64,000 bases of DNA from Octopus bimaculoides (GCF_001194135.2 NC_068983.1:49912673-49976672), one strand, 5' to 3'. Counted from the first letter of the stretch, positions 38,839-51,610 are shown. The notes: generated from the sequence alone by a model not told the origin. Numbers and translations are program-made.

Positions 38839-39137
38839 NNNNNNNNNNNNNNNNNNNNNNNNNNNNNNNNNNNNNNNNNNNNNNNNNNNNNNNNNNNNNN
38901 NNNNNNNNNNNNNNNNNNNNNNNNNNNNNNNNNNNNNNNNNNNNNNNNNNNNNNNNNNNNNNNNNNNNNNNNNNNNNNNNNNNNNNNNNNNNNNNNNNNN
39001 NNNNNNNNNNNNNNNNNNNNNNNNNNNNNNNNNNNNNNNNNNNNNNNNNNNNNNNNNNNNNNNNNNNNNNNNNNNNNNNNNNNNNNNNNNNNNNNNNNNN
39101 NNNNNNNNNNNNNNNNNNNNNNNNNNNNNNNNNNNNN

Positions 39138-39178
<41 letters not shown>

Positions 39179-39219
39179 TATACATATCTATATATATATA
39201 TGTATATGTATGTATATGT

Positions 39220-39267
<48 letters not shown>

Positions 39268-40689
39268 AGAAAACCATGTATAATTAAATTGTGGCTATAA
39301 ATAGAGGAGAGCTTAGAGGATTGTTGCAGAGAGTAGAAGGGAAATGATGTTGCGTATCAAGTAATAGGTGATCAATGCTGTGAAATAAAAAGGTAAAACA
39401 TTAAAGAGACGTTGTTATTAAAGAAAGCTTGATGTTATGAGAATGGCTACCAAATAAACAGAACAAAATGGGAAATGATAAAAAAAACAACAACAGAAAT
39501 AGGCTGTTGCATATCAATTACATGTGAACAATATTGCTATGGTTGCACATATTAGAAATGCTAAAATACGGATGGATGCAAGTTAAAATGGAAATAAAAG
39601 ATGGAAAAAAATAAATGAGAGGGAAAGAGAGTATTCAGTAAATAAATGGTAACAATTTTCAGATTGTTCGAATCAGCGATTCTGTTTTAGTAAAGATAAT
39701 AGAAAAAAAAAATAAATAAATGGTTTAATTTTTGTGGAACATTAGGTTGGGAATGAACTCACAAATGTGTGTTTTATGTTAAATGCAGAATTTCAAAATT
39801 CGTATCCCTGATGCTGCTAAAAACTTGTATTAAAACTAGAGCAGAATAACCCTGCTACTTGACTCTCGCAAAGACTCCAGTGTTCTTCTTATACACCTGA
39901 TGAAGGAGGTTGATGGGGCATTTACATGAAGAGTAAGCATGACTCATAAAGTGGAAAGTGTACAGTTGTGTAATGGGAAAATCTCCATGTTCTGCTGAGT
40001 TGCACATTTACGCAGGCATTTTTACTCAAACCTATGGACTTCCAGAAAGCTTTTGAGAATAAGCACAAGGAATTATTAAGAATTATTGCATTGCATTGCT
40101 TGAATTGCCTACCTGCTATATCAAATCTGTGAGTTCAATTTAGCATAGGATATTTCATAGCATCAGAACCAGACATAGTAATATGGAAACTTTTGATATC
40201 ATCACATGAATGGGTCAGAGATGTGACTATGTCAGCTGGGAGATGGACTTCGTCATGGGGAAGTACAAGATGTTGTAAGTGTATGGCATCAAATAGTATC
40301 TTTCATGTCACTCAGCATAGCCCTTTCCCTGACCTTAAGACACTTACATAACAGGTTATATTTCATTAATGGCATCACTACAAGCTTTTGTGATGAAGGT
40401 ATTTTATTGTCAATGGCCCTTTCCACAAAGCTATAAGTATTTACAAATAGATGTAACTCTATAAGCAATGGGAGTATTTTAATATGGTTATGCCTAGAAA
40501 ACTTTGATTATAGTATCTGTGCATGGAAAACATCTCTGTTTCACAGATTCTCTTGTTTATTTTTTCCCACATGATGAAGGTCCAAATTGCATATAGGCAA
40601 GATTTGGTGGTTTAGCTGATGGAGGGGTTGGACAACGTAATTTCAGGTACTGTAAGACAGCTACAGTTTGGCCAAATACCTTCTCCAAA

Positions 40690-40810
40690 TCAGTTTTCAA
40701 GTTGTTCAATTGGGACTTCCTTTATATTTTTCTTGATGCTTTCTAATACTGTCCCTATGGACCCAACAATAATTGGCACTATCTTCACCTTCTGCATAAG
40801 TTGCAAGGTA
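40690..40810 (-). pseudogene. Short R4-like endonuclease C-terminal fragment
   Basis: MQKVKIVPIIVGSIGTV..IKK. Confidence 0.5.
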
Positions 40811-41021
40811 ACTCAAAAGCTGAAGGCTTCATGTATGATATGTGCCCTTCATGAAATTCTCGGCCCTTAAATCATTTTGTATGTATGTATGCATGTATGT
40901 ATATACGTATGTAATTACTCAGTTTTATTTCAAGATTTCTCGCCAATAGAGAAAGAGCTGATCCAAGGTTCCTTCATTGGAATTTCAACATCAGCAACAG
41001 GGTTTTTTGTATGTATGTATG

Positions 41022-41223
41022 TGTTGTAAGGAATTAATAATAATGGTACACCCCTCCCACGTGATGAATGGAATAACCTAATCACTATAAGTAAAGAGAA
41101 GTACATGAAGTACCAGAGTACATAGTAAGCAGTCAGAGATAGCTATGTCTTGCCTGGTTTTACTAAGCATACTGTATACCGAAGTGGGCGTCATAAAAAT
41201 CCAACATTTTAAGAGATATAACA
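41022..41223 (+). repeat. Putative 5' LTR of a Gypsy element, followed by a PBS-like tggcga at 41225
   Basis: TGTT..AACA termini, then gtggcgatga, upstream of gag. Confidence 0.6.
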
Positions 41224-41339
41224 GTGGCGATGATGATTAAACCCCTCCTGAAGAATTAATAAACTCAACGGGGAATTAATTAACTGACGAGGAGTTAAGC
41301 TCACAAAAATTTTTGTTGTGTGAATTTTATGAACAAAAT

Positions 41340-42800
41340 CATAAAATTATGGGAAATATGTTGGTGGGTGTGTTGAAGTTGCAAAAACAGCAGCAACAGC
41401 AGCTTAAAGAATGACAACAGCAGCAGCAGCTACAACTGCAAGAACAACAGCTGAAGCAACAACAACACCACCAACAACAACAACTGCAAGAGCAACAACA
41501 GAAGCAACAACGACAAATAATATTACAGTAACAAATGCTGTAGTTAATTAAGTCATCAGGAAATTCAGAAAAAGTGTTCTCGGCAGACTATGTTGCGACT
41601 CCATAATGGAGTTGAAATAGAAATCTGATGAAGGAATTACTTTCAAAGAATACTACAGAAGATATGAGTAAATCTTTGAGAAAGAATGTAAAGATTAGGA
41701 TGAGATGAAAACGTACTTAATCTTGGGAAACCTGGTGCAACAGTACATGAACGATACAGTAATTATGTACTCTCAAGAAGACCTACCGACATAAGCTTTA
41801 ATGATCCAGTAAGTATATTGTATAAACTTTTCAGTGAAAAATGCTCATTTTTCAATACATGTTGGAAGTGTCTGAATATAGAGGAAAACATTGACATGGA
41901 CTACATCGCATATGCTGGTAGAGTAAAGAGGGAATGCGAGAAGTTTAAGCTGGACAAATTAATGCCAGATATGTTCAAATGCCTGATTTTTACACAGGGT
42001 CTTATTGCCAGAAAGGACACAGAAGTTAGAACTAGAATTCTTGAAAAGCTGGAACAAAATCAGGATGTAACGCTACAGCAAGTGTCAGAAGAATGTGAAA
42101 GAATAGTCAAATTAAGACATGACACAGATGAAATTGAATGTAAAGATTGTTTCCAAGTAAAGCAAGAGTGAAATTGTCCGAATAGGGATAAAGTGTTTTC
42201 TAAAAAATACAACAAACATCAGGATACAGACTCATGTTTTGCATGTGGAGGTATACATCTGAAGAAAAATCGTCCAATGAAAAAATTGGAATGTTTTTGT
42301 TGCGGAAATGTAGGACATATAAAGATGCACTCTAGAACAAAGATGACAAAATGTCAGAAGAAAGGAAAAAGAATAAATAGTATGTGATCAAAAGAAATTG
42401 GTACTATAACAATAAGGAAATTCGTGAAGGGGAAAATCAGAAATACAAGTATTAACATGCAATTATAAACTGGTAGTGATATCACCATTATAAACCAATT
42501 AAATCTAAAAAAAGTAGCCCATGGTATTACGGGAAAAATCTGTTTTTGGTGAATTTATATGCAATGTAACATTTCACGGCCAAAAAAAAAATGCAAAGAT
42601 ATATGTGTCAAAAAGTTTACTTATTTTATTCAGCACAGGGTGGATGAAACTATTCAAAATATGGAATACATTCATAAGTATTTTATATGGAAATATTATA
42701 TTCGGTTCAGTCGAAGGTTTGAATGCAGCTGAGAGACTGAAACAAAAAATTATAGTAAAACAGAGTGGAACACCTGTATGAAAGCCAAAACGAAATGAAA
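41340..42800 (+). pseudogene. Ty3/Gypsy gag (poly-Q, zinc knuckles) and aspartic protease relic, 3'-truncated before RT
   Basis: GITFKEYYRRYE..RVKRECEKFKL..MFKCLIFTQGL..EVRTRIL..CFACGG.H..CFCCGNVGH..L*TGSDITII..GTPV*KPKRN. Confidence 0.85.
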
Positions 42801-43231
42801 AATTGCTCACAATAAAAAGCAAACATTGTTCAAAAGTAGATGTTCTATGGTTGAGACTACACATAAATTTCGTTGGTCTTTTAAATGGTTCTTACTATTT
42901 AGTGGTAGTGCTCTTACCACTAAGCCATGTGCCCCCACATCCCCTTGTATTGATAATATTCAATTCATACTGATTTCTATTGAAAAGTCTTGCACTTTTA
43001 ATCCTACTTTATAAATATGTATACATGTAAAAGTTTTTGAATAGTTCAATAAATGCATATGCCAATCATAGTACAGCATAACTGCACTGACCTAAGGAGA
43101 TAGTCCAATAAATTCTACTACAGTAAAGGTCATTAACCTAATTTTTGTCTACTGCATCCTCTGGTATGGTGTATATGTAAAACAAGAAACTAAATCCGAA
43201 ATGAAAAAAAAAAAAAAATACACACACATAT

Positions 43232-43298
43232 GCATGTATGTATGTATGAATGTATGAATTTATGTCTGTCTGTCTGTCTGTCTATCTCTCTATCTATA

Positions 43299-43329
<31 letters not shown>

Positions 43330-43330
43330 G

Positions 43331-43361
<31 letters not shown>

Positions 43362-43442
43362 ATATCTATCTATCTATATATCTATCTATCTATCTATCTA
43401 TCTCTATCTATCTATCTATCTAATTATCTATCTATCTATCTA
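43232..43442. repeat. (TCTG)n/(TATC)n microsatellite
   Basis: Direct reading. Confidence 0.9.
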
Positions 43443-43879
43443 AAAAAAAGATGGGTGAATGTAGCAAGGATGGCACGTGTGAACGACGGAGCCATCTTGA
43501 GCATAACCCTATGAACAAGAAAAAATAAAAATAAAACAAAAAGGCAAAAGAGAGTCACTTACTGTTATAGTTTCTTCAATGAGAATATTGACCAAGGTTA
43601 CCGTGGTCTTTTCCGTGGGCTTTTCCTTCCACGGCTAAACCTAAACTGTCCTCCCCTCTTTTTACACGAGAACATTACTGTGTGATACACGATCCCTATT
43701 GATCGGCCTTTCCTTTTCTTTTTTTTTCGATCCCTTTTGATCAAACTGCCCCTTTTTCCCTTCCTACGATCCCTTTTGATCGACACCNNNNNNNNNNTCC
43801 TTCCCCCTCCCAAAAAGAAAAGCTCTACATTGTATTTGTCCCATCTTCGTTGAGCCCTGTGTGGCTAATAAAAGAAATG

Positions 43880-43912
<33 letters not shown>

Positions 43913-44020
43913 CTATCTATCTATCTATCTCTATCTATTCATCTATCTATCAGTATCTACACATATGCACACACACATATACACACATGTATACATATAT
44001 ACATACAGACTTACATGCAA

Positions 44021-44053
<33 letters not shown>

Positions 44054-44089
44054 CAGGTATAGATATATTTATATATTTATTTATCCGAG

Positions 44090-44120
<31 letters not shown>

Positions 44121-44135
44121 AAAGCGGATGTTAAA

Positions 44136-44171
<36 letters not shown>

Positions 44172-44192
44172 GTATATCTATGCATATATACA

Positions 44193-44231
<39 letters not shown>

Positions 44232-44940
44232 ATGTGTGTGTGTGTGTATGTATGTATGTATATATGTGTATATATATATATATAGAGAGAGAGAGAGAAA
44301 TAGAAAGATATACATACATATCCATAAACATATATATACGTACATGCATATATGCATATAAGTATGTGTGTGCGTGTATGTATATGTATATATACATGTG
44401 TGTGTGTGTGCGTGTAGATATATTGATAGATACATCCTGGTACGGAACAGCCTCTGTCATTGAATGGAAACTAATGAATGTACATTATGGGAGAAATAAT
44501 AAGGATAACATATGAATGGAAATAACTGACTTATAATTAGTGTTTTGGAAATGATAAAGACAGAGGCAAAAGAAAATGTATTTCTCATTCTTTTTTTCCT
44601 TTTTGTATACATACAAATATATTCGTCACACCCCCTAAAAACACATACATGCAATTGCCCTGATATTTCTCATTCAGTTCTGGTGAAATTAGTATTCTCT
44701 GATTCAAGTGTACCAGCCACCCTTTCTAAGCCTATCTTGGTATTTCTTCCTTAAATCTGGAATACTTTCTCCAATGTTAACATGTGACATATTTTTCTTT
44801 TCTCTGGCATGAATCATTTGATTGTTGTACATTTGTAGTACATCTCCACACTACTATAATTAATTATTTCTGTTGCTCACAACAAGCAAAATAAGGTATT
44901 GAAAAACTAGGAAAACAACAGCTGTATTTGTTTTTCAAGA

Positions 44941-45352
44941 TTACTCTTTACTCTTTACTCTTTTACTTGTTTCAGTCATTTGACTGCGGCCATGCTGGAG
45001 CACGGCCTTTAGTCGAGCAAATCCACCCCAGGACTTATTCTTTGTAAGCCTAGTACTTATTCTATCGGTCTCTTTTTGCCGAACTGCTAAGTTACGGGGA
45101 CGTAAACACACCAGCATCGGTTGTCAAGTGATGGTGGGGGTACAAATACAGACACACAAACACACATACATATATATACATATACATATATACGACGGGC
45201 TTCTTTCAGTTTCCGTCTACCAAATCCACTCACAAGGCTTTGGTTAGCCTGAGGCTATAGTAGAAGACACTTGCCCAAGATGCCACGCAGTGGGACTGAA
45301 CCCGGAACCATGTGGTTGGTAAGCAAGCTACTTACCACACAGTTACTCCTAC
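44941..45352 (-). mobile_element. Family A SINE, full length and well preserved
   Basis: (ttactct)n tail, 3' half, central (CA/TA)n, CORE block, tRNA head. Confidence 0.9.
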
Positions 45353-45794
45353 ACTCCTGGCGGCAAAAGATAACCATCTCTGAGTATAACAAACTGGAGC
45401 TCCATTGATTATGATGAGAAGGGTTCCAGCTAATCTGATCAACGGAATAGCCTGCTTGTGAAATTAACATGCAAGTGGCTGAACATAAAACAGGTTGAAT
45501 ATTTAAGCTGGATATGGTTACTTTAAATGCTAAAGAATTAACTTGGCTAGCTACAATATTACATTTGATAGTTTTCATTATATATCACCACCAGGTAGCA
45601 AGCTGGCAGAATTGTCAGCATGGTGCAGAAAGTACTTAGCAGCATTCCTTTCATCTCTTCACATTCTCAATTCTACTTTGCTTTTCATGGTTTTGGGGTT
45701 GCTAAAATAAGTACTAGTCAAGTACTGGTGTTGAAGTAATTAGTTTGCCACCTCCCCTCAAAATTTCTAATCTTGTGTTAAAATTAAATAGAAT

Positions 45795-46352
45795 AAGAGC
45801 ACTCAGAGAATACAAACCTCTGCCAGGGCAACACCAATGTCCTCTCAAAGATTATGATTTTTAAAATGAGAATATCTGAAACAAGAGCACTTAGAGAGTG
45901 AAAACCTCCACTAGGGCAACACCAATGTCCTCTCAACGATTAGCCAGAGATGATTTTTAACATGAGAACATCTGAAACAAGAGCACTTAGAGAGTGCAAA
46001 CCTCCATCAAGGCAACACTAATGTCCTCTCAATGATTAGCTGGAGATGATTTTTAAAATGAGAATATTTGAAACGAGCACTTAGAGAGTGCAAACCTCTG
46101 TCAAGGCAACATCAATGTCCTCTCAACGATTAGCCAGAGATGATTTTTAAAATGAGAATATCTGAAAAAAGAGCACTTAGAGAGCACAAACCTCTGTCAA
46201 GACAATACCAACGTCCTCTCAATGATTAGCCACAGATAACTTTTAAAAAGAGAATATTTGAAATGAGCACTTAGAGAGCGCAAACCTCCACCAAAGCAAC
46301 ACCAATGTCCTCTCAGCGATTAGCCAGAGATTAATTTTAAAATGAGAATATC
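45795..46352 (+). repeat. ~95-bp tandem array x6
   Basis: Units start near 45795, 45883, 45979, 46074, 46169 and 46264 (gagcacttagagagtgcaaacctc..gcaacaccaatgtcctctcaacgattagccagag..). Confidence 0.9.
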
Positions 46353-46625
46353 TGAAATAAACTGGACTGTTCTCACAAATGAGAATACTAAAAATAAACC
46401 CACGCACTCTCAAAAATAAGTAAAAAAGCAGGATAAATACTCCAGAATCCTTGTCCAGTACCAGATCGATCCCAAAATCTCATCGGTTTGTGCTAGTCAT
46501 GAGGCCAAACATCCCTGAAAGTTTCATTTGAATCCATCTAGCAGTTCTTGAGATATCATATCCAAGAACAAACAAACAAACATGACTGTAAACAATACTT
46601 CCACTTTTGCTAAGGCGAAGGTAAT
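45795..46625 (+). mobile_element. Helentron/HINE-like non-autonomous element
   Basis: 5' aagagcactcagaga..aaacctctgcca, internal (AAAC)n, 3' aacaatacttcc..ggcgaaggtaat complementary to the 5' acctc(c/t)gcc motif. Confidence 0.65.
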
Positions 46626-47312
46626 TATATATCATTACAGAAGCAAACTAGAAATGATAAAGACAAAATCAAACAAATATATAACAAAATAGTATGGGGT
46701 GTCTTTAACTGAGAATCATATCATATGATGAGTTTTTCTTATTTTAATGTAATGACTAGATTTATGGACAGATTCAACCAACATCTTGCTTATTATCAAC
46801 ATTTCTGAATTTATAACTCAAGAAAAGTTTTTAATAGATCATTATCAATGAGTTAAATCTTGTCTGAATTTTTGAAATAATAAGTTTCCATTATAATGTA
46901 CTGTTATAGTCTGTCTATCCATCTAGTGTCCTCAGCTTAGTTGTTGAAGTCAGGATGTGATAATAGTTGTAGACACTGGTTTTCTTCTAGTTTCTCTAAT
47001 GCACAACAATTGTGTCCAAATTCCTAATTATGGCTGTTATCAAATCCATAGGATTTAGCTAGTAAGTGTGAGTTCAAAACCTGGCTCAGACAAACAAAAC
47101 ATACTCTGGTTTAACTCTTTTTTTTTTACCATATTCTGTTGAGTTGCTCAGTGTTTCTTTCAATTAATTCTAAATATAACAAAGAATTTGTTATTGTTAG
47201 GCTAGTGTTAGGAACATAAATTTTGACTAAGGTTTGGTGGAAGATTTTAATTCAGAAGTTTTGTAAACAAGACATTTGTAACTACAGAACCAGAGGAGGT
47301 ATGTATATACAT

Positions 47313-47344
<32 letters not shown>

Positions 47345-47394
47345 GTATATTATTTATATTATAGTATATATAGCTATATGAATATATAGCTATA

Positions 47395-47557
47395 TATTCT
47401 TCTTTAGTTTCCATCTACCAAATTCACTCACAAGGTTTTGGTCAGCATGAAGCTATAGAAGAAGACACTTGTCTAAGGTGTCACCTAAGAGGACTGAACC
47501 TGAAACCGTGCTGTTGGAAGGCAAGCTTCATACCACACAGCCACACCTGTGCCTATA
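47395..47557 (-). mobile_element. Family A SINE, head half
   Basis: agtttccatctaccaaattcactcacaagg..gaagacacttg..accacacagccacacctgtgcctat. Confidence 0.8.
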
Positions 47558-47679
47558 TTAATTTTTTTTGTCCTTCTTCAGGAGGATCATTTTGATGAGT
47601 TGGTTTGAAGGAAGGTCCTGTGGTTTATGGTCTTCATAAGCCCTTTGTTACTGGTGAGGTTTTCGTACTTGAAAAACTG

Positions 47680-48345
47680 TAGGTTAAACATTAAGCGCAT
47701 GGAGGAATCTGTTGAATGAAGACCTAGATCATTAGTTTATGTGGAGTCTGAAATGATCTGAGACATTGCTGACGATGAGAGACAGAAGCTAGTTATTCAG
47801 ATGGAACAGAATGGATGTGGTATGAAATCATACCAGTTCTTAGAAGCAAAGAGTGCTGCATTGGTGGTAATATAAGTAGAAAAAAGGGACAGCTTGTCTG
47901 TGGGACAGAAGCTGGAATATATTGGTGACAGACTTCCATGGCAATCAATTGGGTGACTTTTTTTGGGGGGATATTCGGTCTAAGATGTTTGTGAGTGAAG
48001 CAGCAGCACTGCTGCAGACATAGATGTTAGTCTTCTATTGTGGAACCCTGTTTAACTTTGAAGAGGGTTTGTTTCCTTTTTTTTTTTAGGAATAGTTTGA
48101 TATATTGGAGAACAATCAATGACATTGCCGAGTATAAAGATTAAAGTTGTAGTTAGGAAAAAGTTTAGCTGACATGAAGGATTGGAAGCTATCTGAATAT
48201 TGGAAAAGAGTTACCTGTATCATGATGACTCATACTGCATTTCAAAATGCTGAATTATGATTACTGTTAAATGCGAACACTGTAAATGCAGTAAGATATG
48301 TCATCGATGGCTGCAACAGAGACTATGAAGCTGTGGTCAGCGGAT
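47680..48345 (-). pseudogene. Two abutting CR1-like LINE 3' fragments
   Basis: Frameshifted VCSSAAAS..ILDRI.KKVTQLI / FQLLSHRQAV / SLFFYLYYHQCS; the second fragment has HHDTGNSFP and KLFPNYNFNL. Confidence 0.5.
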
Positions 48346-48369
48346 TGTGACACAGTAGGCACTCTGAGT

Positions 48370-48930
48370 GGGTATCTATGCTGAAATACATTCCCACAAT
48401 TTTGAGCTAGGCCTTAGGCTCAATTCAGATAGCCATGTGAAGCTGCTATAAATTGTGGTTAAAACCTGACTGGAGAGGGTTGCTGCTAGAAAGTCATATG
48501 TGTGATACCAGAATTCATCTCGCCATACCACTGCAATGATTCATAAGTGCTAGCTGGAGAATTTCTACAACTATGCCAGTCCAAATTTCTGGCCTCCTGA
48601 TCCTCCATTTGTTACCCTATTGGTTTTTATGGATGGATTGCATTTGAGAAAGACACCAATATCTCTGCCTGCAACACCAGAGCTGAGCTGGTGGCCAAGA
48701 TTGCAAAGTTGTTCCAAGATCATTCCTGGGACACAGCAAGGAACGCATGTGCCATATCCTGAAGCCATCTTGAGAATGTGGGGGAAGCTGAGAACATTCT
48801 TATTCCCCAGCCATAATTTAGTCAAAAATTTTTGATTTTTTTAAAAATACTTTTATTTTTGGATGGAATATTGTGTTTTTTTTTTGTCTGCTTATGCAAA
48901 CTGTTAAATTTATCCCCCAAACTCAGTATA
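48370..48930 (+). pseudogene. maT-like (Tc1/mariner) transposase C-terminal relic
   Basis: GLRLNSDSHVKLL..VVK..LERVAA..ENFYNYASPNFWPP..FEKDTNISACNTRAELVAKI (frameshifted). Confidence 0.75.
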
Positions 48931-49009
48931 ATGAAAAGGAATAATAGCCACAAACATAGGACATTAATGCTGACATTGAAGGACCAAAGAAGAATCAGGT
49001 GAGATTAGA

Positions 49010-49235
49010 TCTTAAAATGTAGGTTAAACATTTAAGTGCATGGAGGAAATTGTTGAATAAAACCCAAGAACATTAGTTTATGTGGAGTCCGAAATGAGCT
49101 GAGACATTACTGACGATGAGAGACAGAAGTTAGTTATTCTGATGGAATGGAATGGATGTGCTATGAAATCATACCAGTTCTTAGAAGCAAAGAGTGCTGT
49201 AGTGGTAGTAATATACGTAGAAAAAAGGGATAACA
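49010..49235 (-). mobile_element. Second copy of the CR1-like 3' end at 47680-47890
   Basis: Shares cattagtttatgtggagtc..ctgagacatt.ctgacgatgagagacagaag..atgaaatcataccagttcttagaagcaaagagtgctg. Confidence 0.75.
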
Positions 49236-49269
49236 TGTTACCTATATCACTTAAATATGAAATAATTGT

Positions 49270-49490
49270 GGAAGGCAGCGAGTTGGCAAAAATGTAAGCA
49301 TACCAAATTGCTAGTTGTATTTCATGTCTTTATGTTCTGAGTTCAAATTCCATTGAGGTCAACTTTGCCTTTCATCCTTCTGGGGTCATTAAAGTATGTA
49401 CCAGTCGAGCGCTGGGGTTGATGTAATACACTTACTTTCTCCCACAGAATTGCTGGCCTTGTGCCAAAATTTGAGATCAGTATGAAATAA
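49270..49490 (+). mobile_element. Family B SINE
   Basis: aggcagcgagttggcaaaa..ttctgagttcaaattcc..actttgcctttcatccttctggggtc. Confidence 0.8.
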
Positions 49491-50427
49491 TAGTGGATTC
49501 TGAAAAATGACAACAGAACATGCTATAGGAAAATTGATGTCAAATAGGCAATTAGGATGATGCTGGAAAAATCAAAGTATAGATTCTTGATAAAATTAAT
49601 ATGGCTCTTTAGCAGTAAAATGTGTTTCACATGCTTTTGATAAAATTTTGTTTATTTTCCCCTAAGGAATAAGAATTCTGATTGAAGCTTTATTTTATTT
49701 TCCATCTGAAAGACTTGGAAGGTTTTATGGAATAAAAAAAAATATCAAAGCAAAGAAAGATTGAAAGCAATTAAAATTTTAGCATGAATCAAAATTCTAT
49801 AGAAGGAAAACAAAAAAAAAAATTTGTAATACATTTTTTTTTATTTAAATTTCCCTCAGACGAAGAAAATATTTCAGTTTTCTCAATTCAAAAACAAAAT
49901 CCCCAATTTTTTTTATAGTAAAGTGCAGACAAAATCTAGGCAGCTTGAAGGTTAAGAAATAGTTGAATCCAAGTTATCAAACATGTCAGTATACTGCTAT
50001 GATGTTGAATGTCATAGAGATAAGGTGCGTGTTAGTCTCTAAAATGAAGATTTATGAATGTATATCCTTCCTTCCATTATGGACAGGATGATAGGTAAGA
50101 AAATGAATATGAAGAAAAAAAAAAACAACTGATACATATATATTACATGTGTGTGCATGTGAGTGTGTGTGTTTGTGTGTATTTGTGTGGGTGTGTGTAT
50201 ATGTATTTATATGTATGTGTACATATATATACATATATGTAAATATATAGGTATATATACATAAACATATATATATATTTATATAGATGTATATATGTGT
50301 ATATATCTCTCTCTATATATATATGTAGGTATTTAAGTATTTATGTGTACATATGACTCTATATGTGTGTATGTGTATATATATGTATGTATACATATAT
50401 ATGTGTATATATGTATGTATATGTATG

Positions 50428-50484
<57 letters not shown>

Positions 50485-50574
50485 TTATATATATATATGT
50501 ATATATATATATTTATATANNNNNNNNNNNNNNNNNNNNNNNNNNNNNNNNNNNNNNNNNNNNNNNNNNNNNNN

Positions 50575-50631
<57 letters not shown>

Positions 50632-51195
50632 GTACATACATACAGAGAGAGAGAGAAAGGGAGGGAGGAAAATTCATGTAGTGGAATGTCAAGCTGAAAG
50701 AAATGCTGGTTGCCTTTGAATATAGTTTGTCAGATCAGATAGAGTTAGACCTTAAGGGACGAAACTTCATGATCAAAGGGTCCTTTGATAACTATTCATT
50801 CCACTGGTCTCTTATAAATAAAAAAAAAAAAGGAGGAAGTTATTTTTTTTTTTCCCTCTTTTCTTTAACATCGGGAGGGATCCTTCCTGCTACTGGGAAA
50901 ATGATGAATAATGCAAAGACAATCTTTGCAGAGCAGAGCAATATTGCTCATTTACAGCCTAAAATTACAAAGAATAACAAGATACTGTAACAAGTTACAA
51001 TATGTTGTACAACAAACATTTTCTACACAACAAAATTGGGAGAGAAAAAAACCCCAAACAAACAAACAAACAAAAATTGCAGATGTTAAAATAATGATGA
51101 TTAGAGAGGAATTATAATTAACAAGTTTGTTCCTGTAGGAAGTCAATATGTCAAAAAATTCCTATGAACGCCAACGATATTTGACAAAAATTCTT

Positions 51196-51610
51196 GATGC
51201 AGGAGTGGCTGTGTGGTAAGTAGGTTCCTTACCAACCACATGGTTCAGGGTTCAGTCTCACTGCATGGTACCTTGGGCATGTGTCTTCTACTATAGCCTC
51301 GGGCTGACCAAAGCCTTGCAAGTGGATTTGGTAGACAGAAACTGAGAGAAGCTTGTCGTATATGTGCATATATATGTGTGTGTGTGTGTGTGTGTGTCTG
51401 TGTTTGTCCCCACCCCCACCCAACATTGCTTGACAACCGATGCTGGTGTGTTTACGTCTCCGTAACTTAGTGGTTTGGCAAAAGAGACTGATAGAATAAG
51501 TACTAGGCTTACAAAGAATAAGTCCTGGGGTCGATTTGCTTGACTAAAAGGTGGTACTTCAGCATGGCCACAGTCAAACGACTGAAACAAGTAAAAGAGT
51601 AAAAAGAGAG
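51196..51610 (+). mobile_element. Family A SINE, full length
   Basis: gcaggagtggctgtgtggtaag head through to the gactgaaacaagtaaaagagtaaaa tail. Confidence 0.9.

Noticed and set aside
39950-40600. Complex sequence resembling an old retroelement (also 17640-18130 and 30540-30770)
   Set aside because: No recognisable protein motif in any frame by eye.
41620-41650. ctgatgaagg motif
   Set aside because: It lies inside the Gypsy gag reading frame and has no ribozyme stems.
45795-46352. CRISPR-like array appearance (also 58640-59660 and 43690-43781)
   Set aside because: The units are whole-length tandem repeats or have only three low-complexity spacers; the context is eukaryotic and there are no cas genes.
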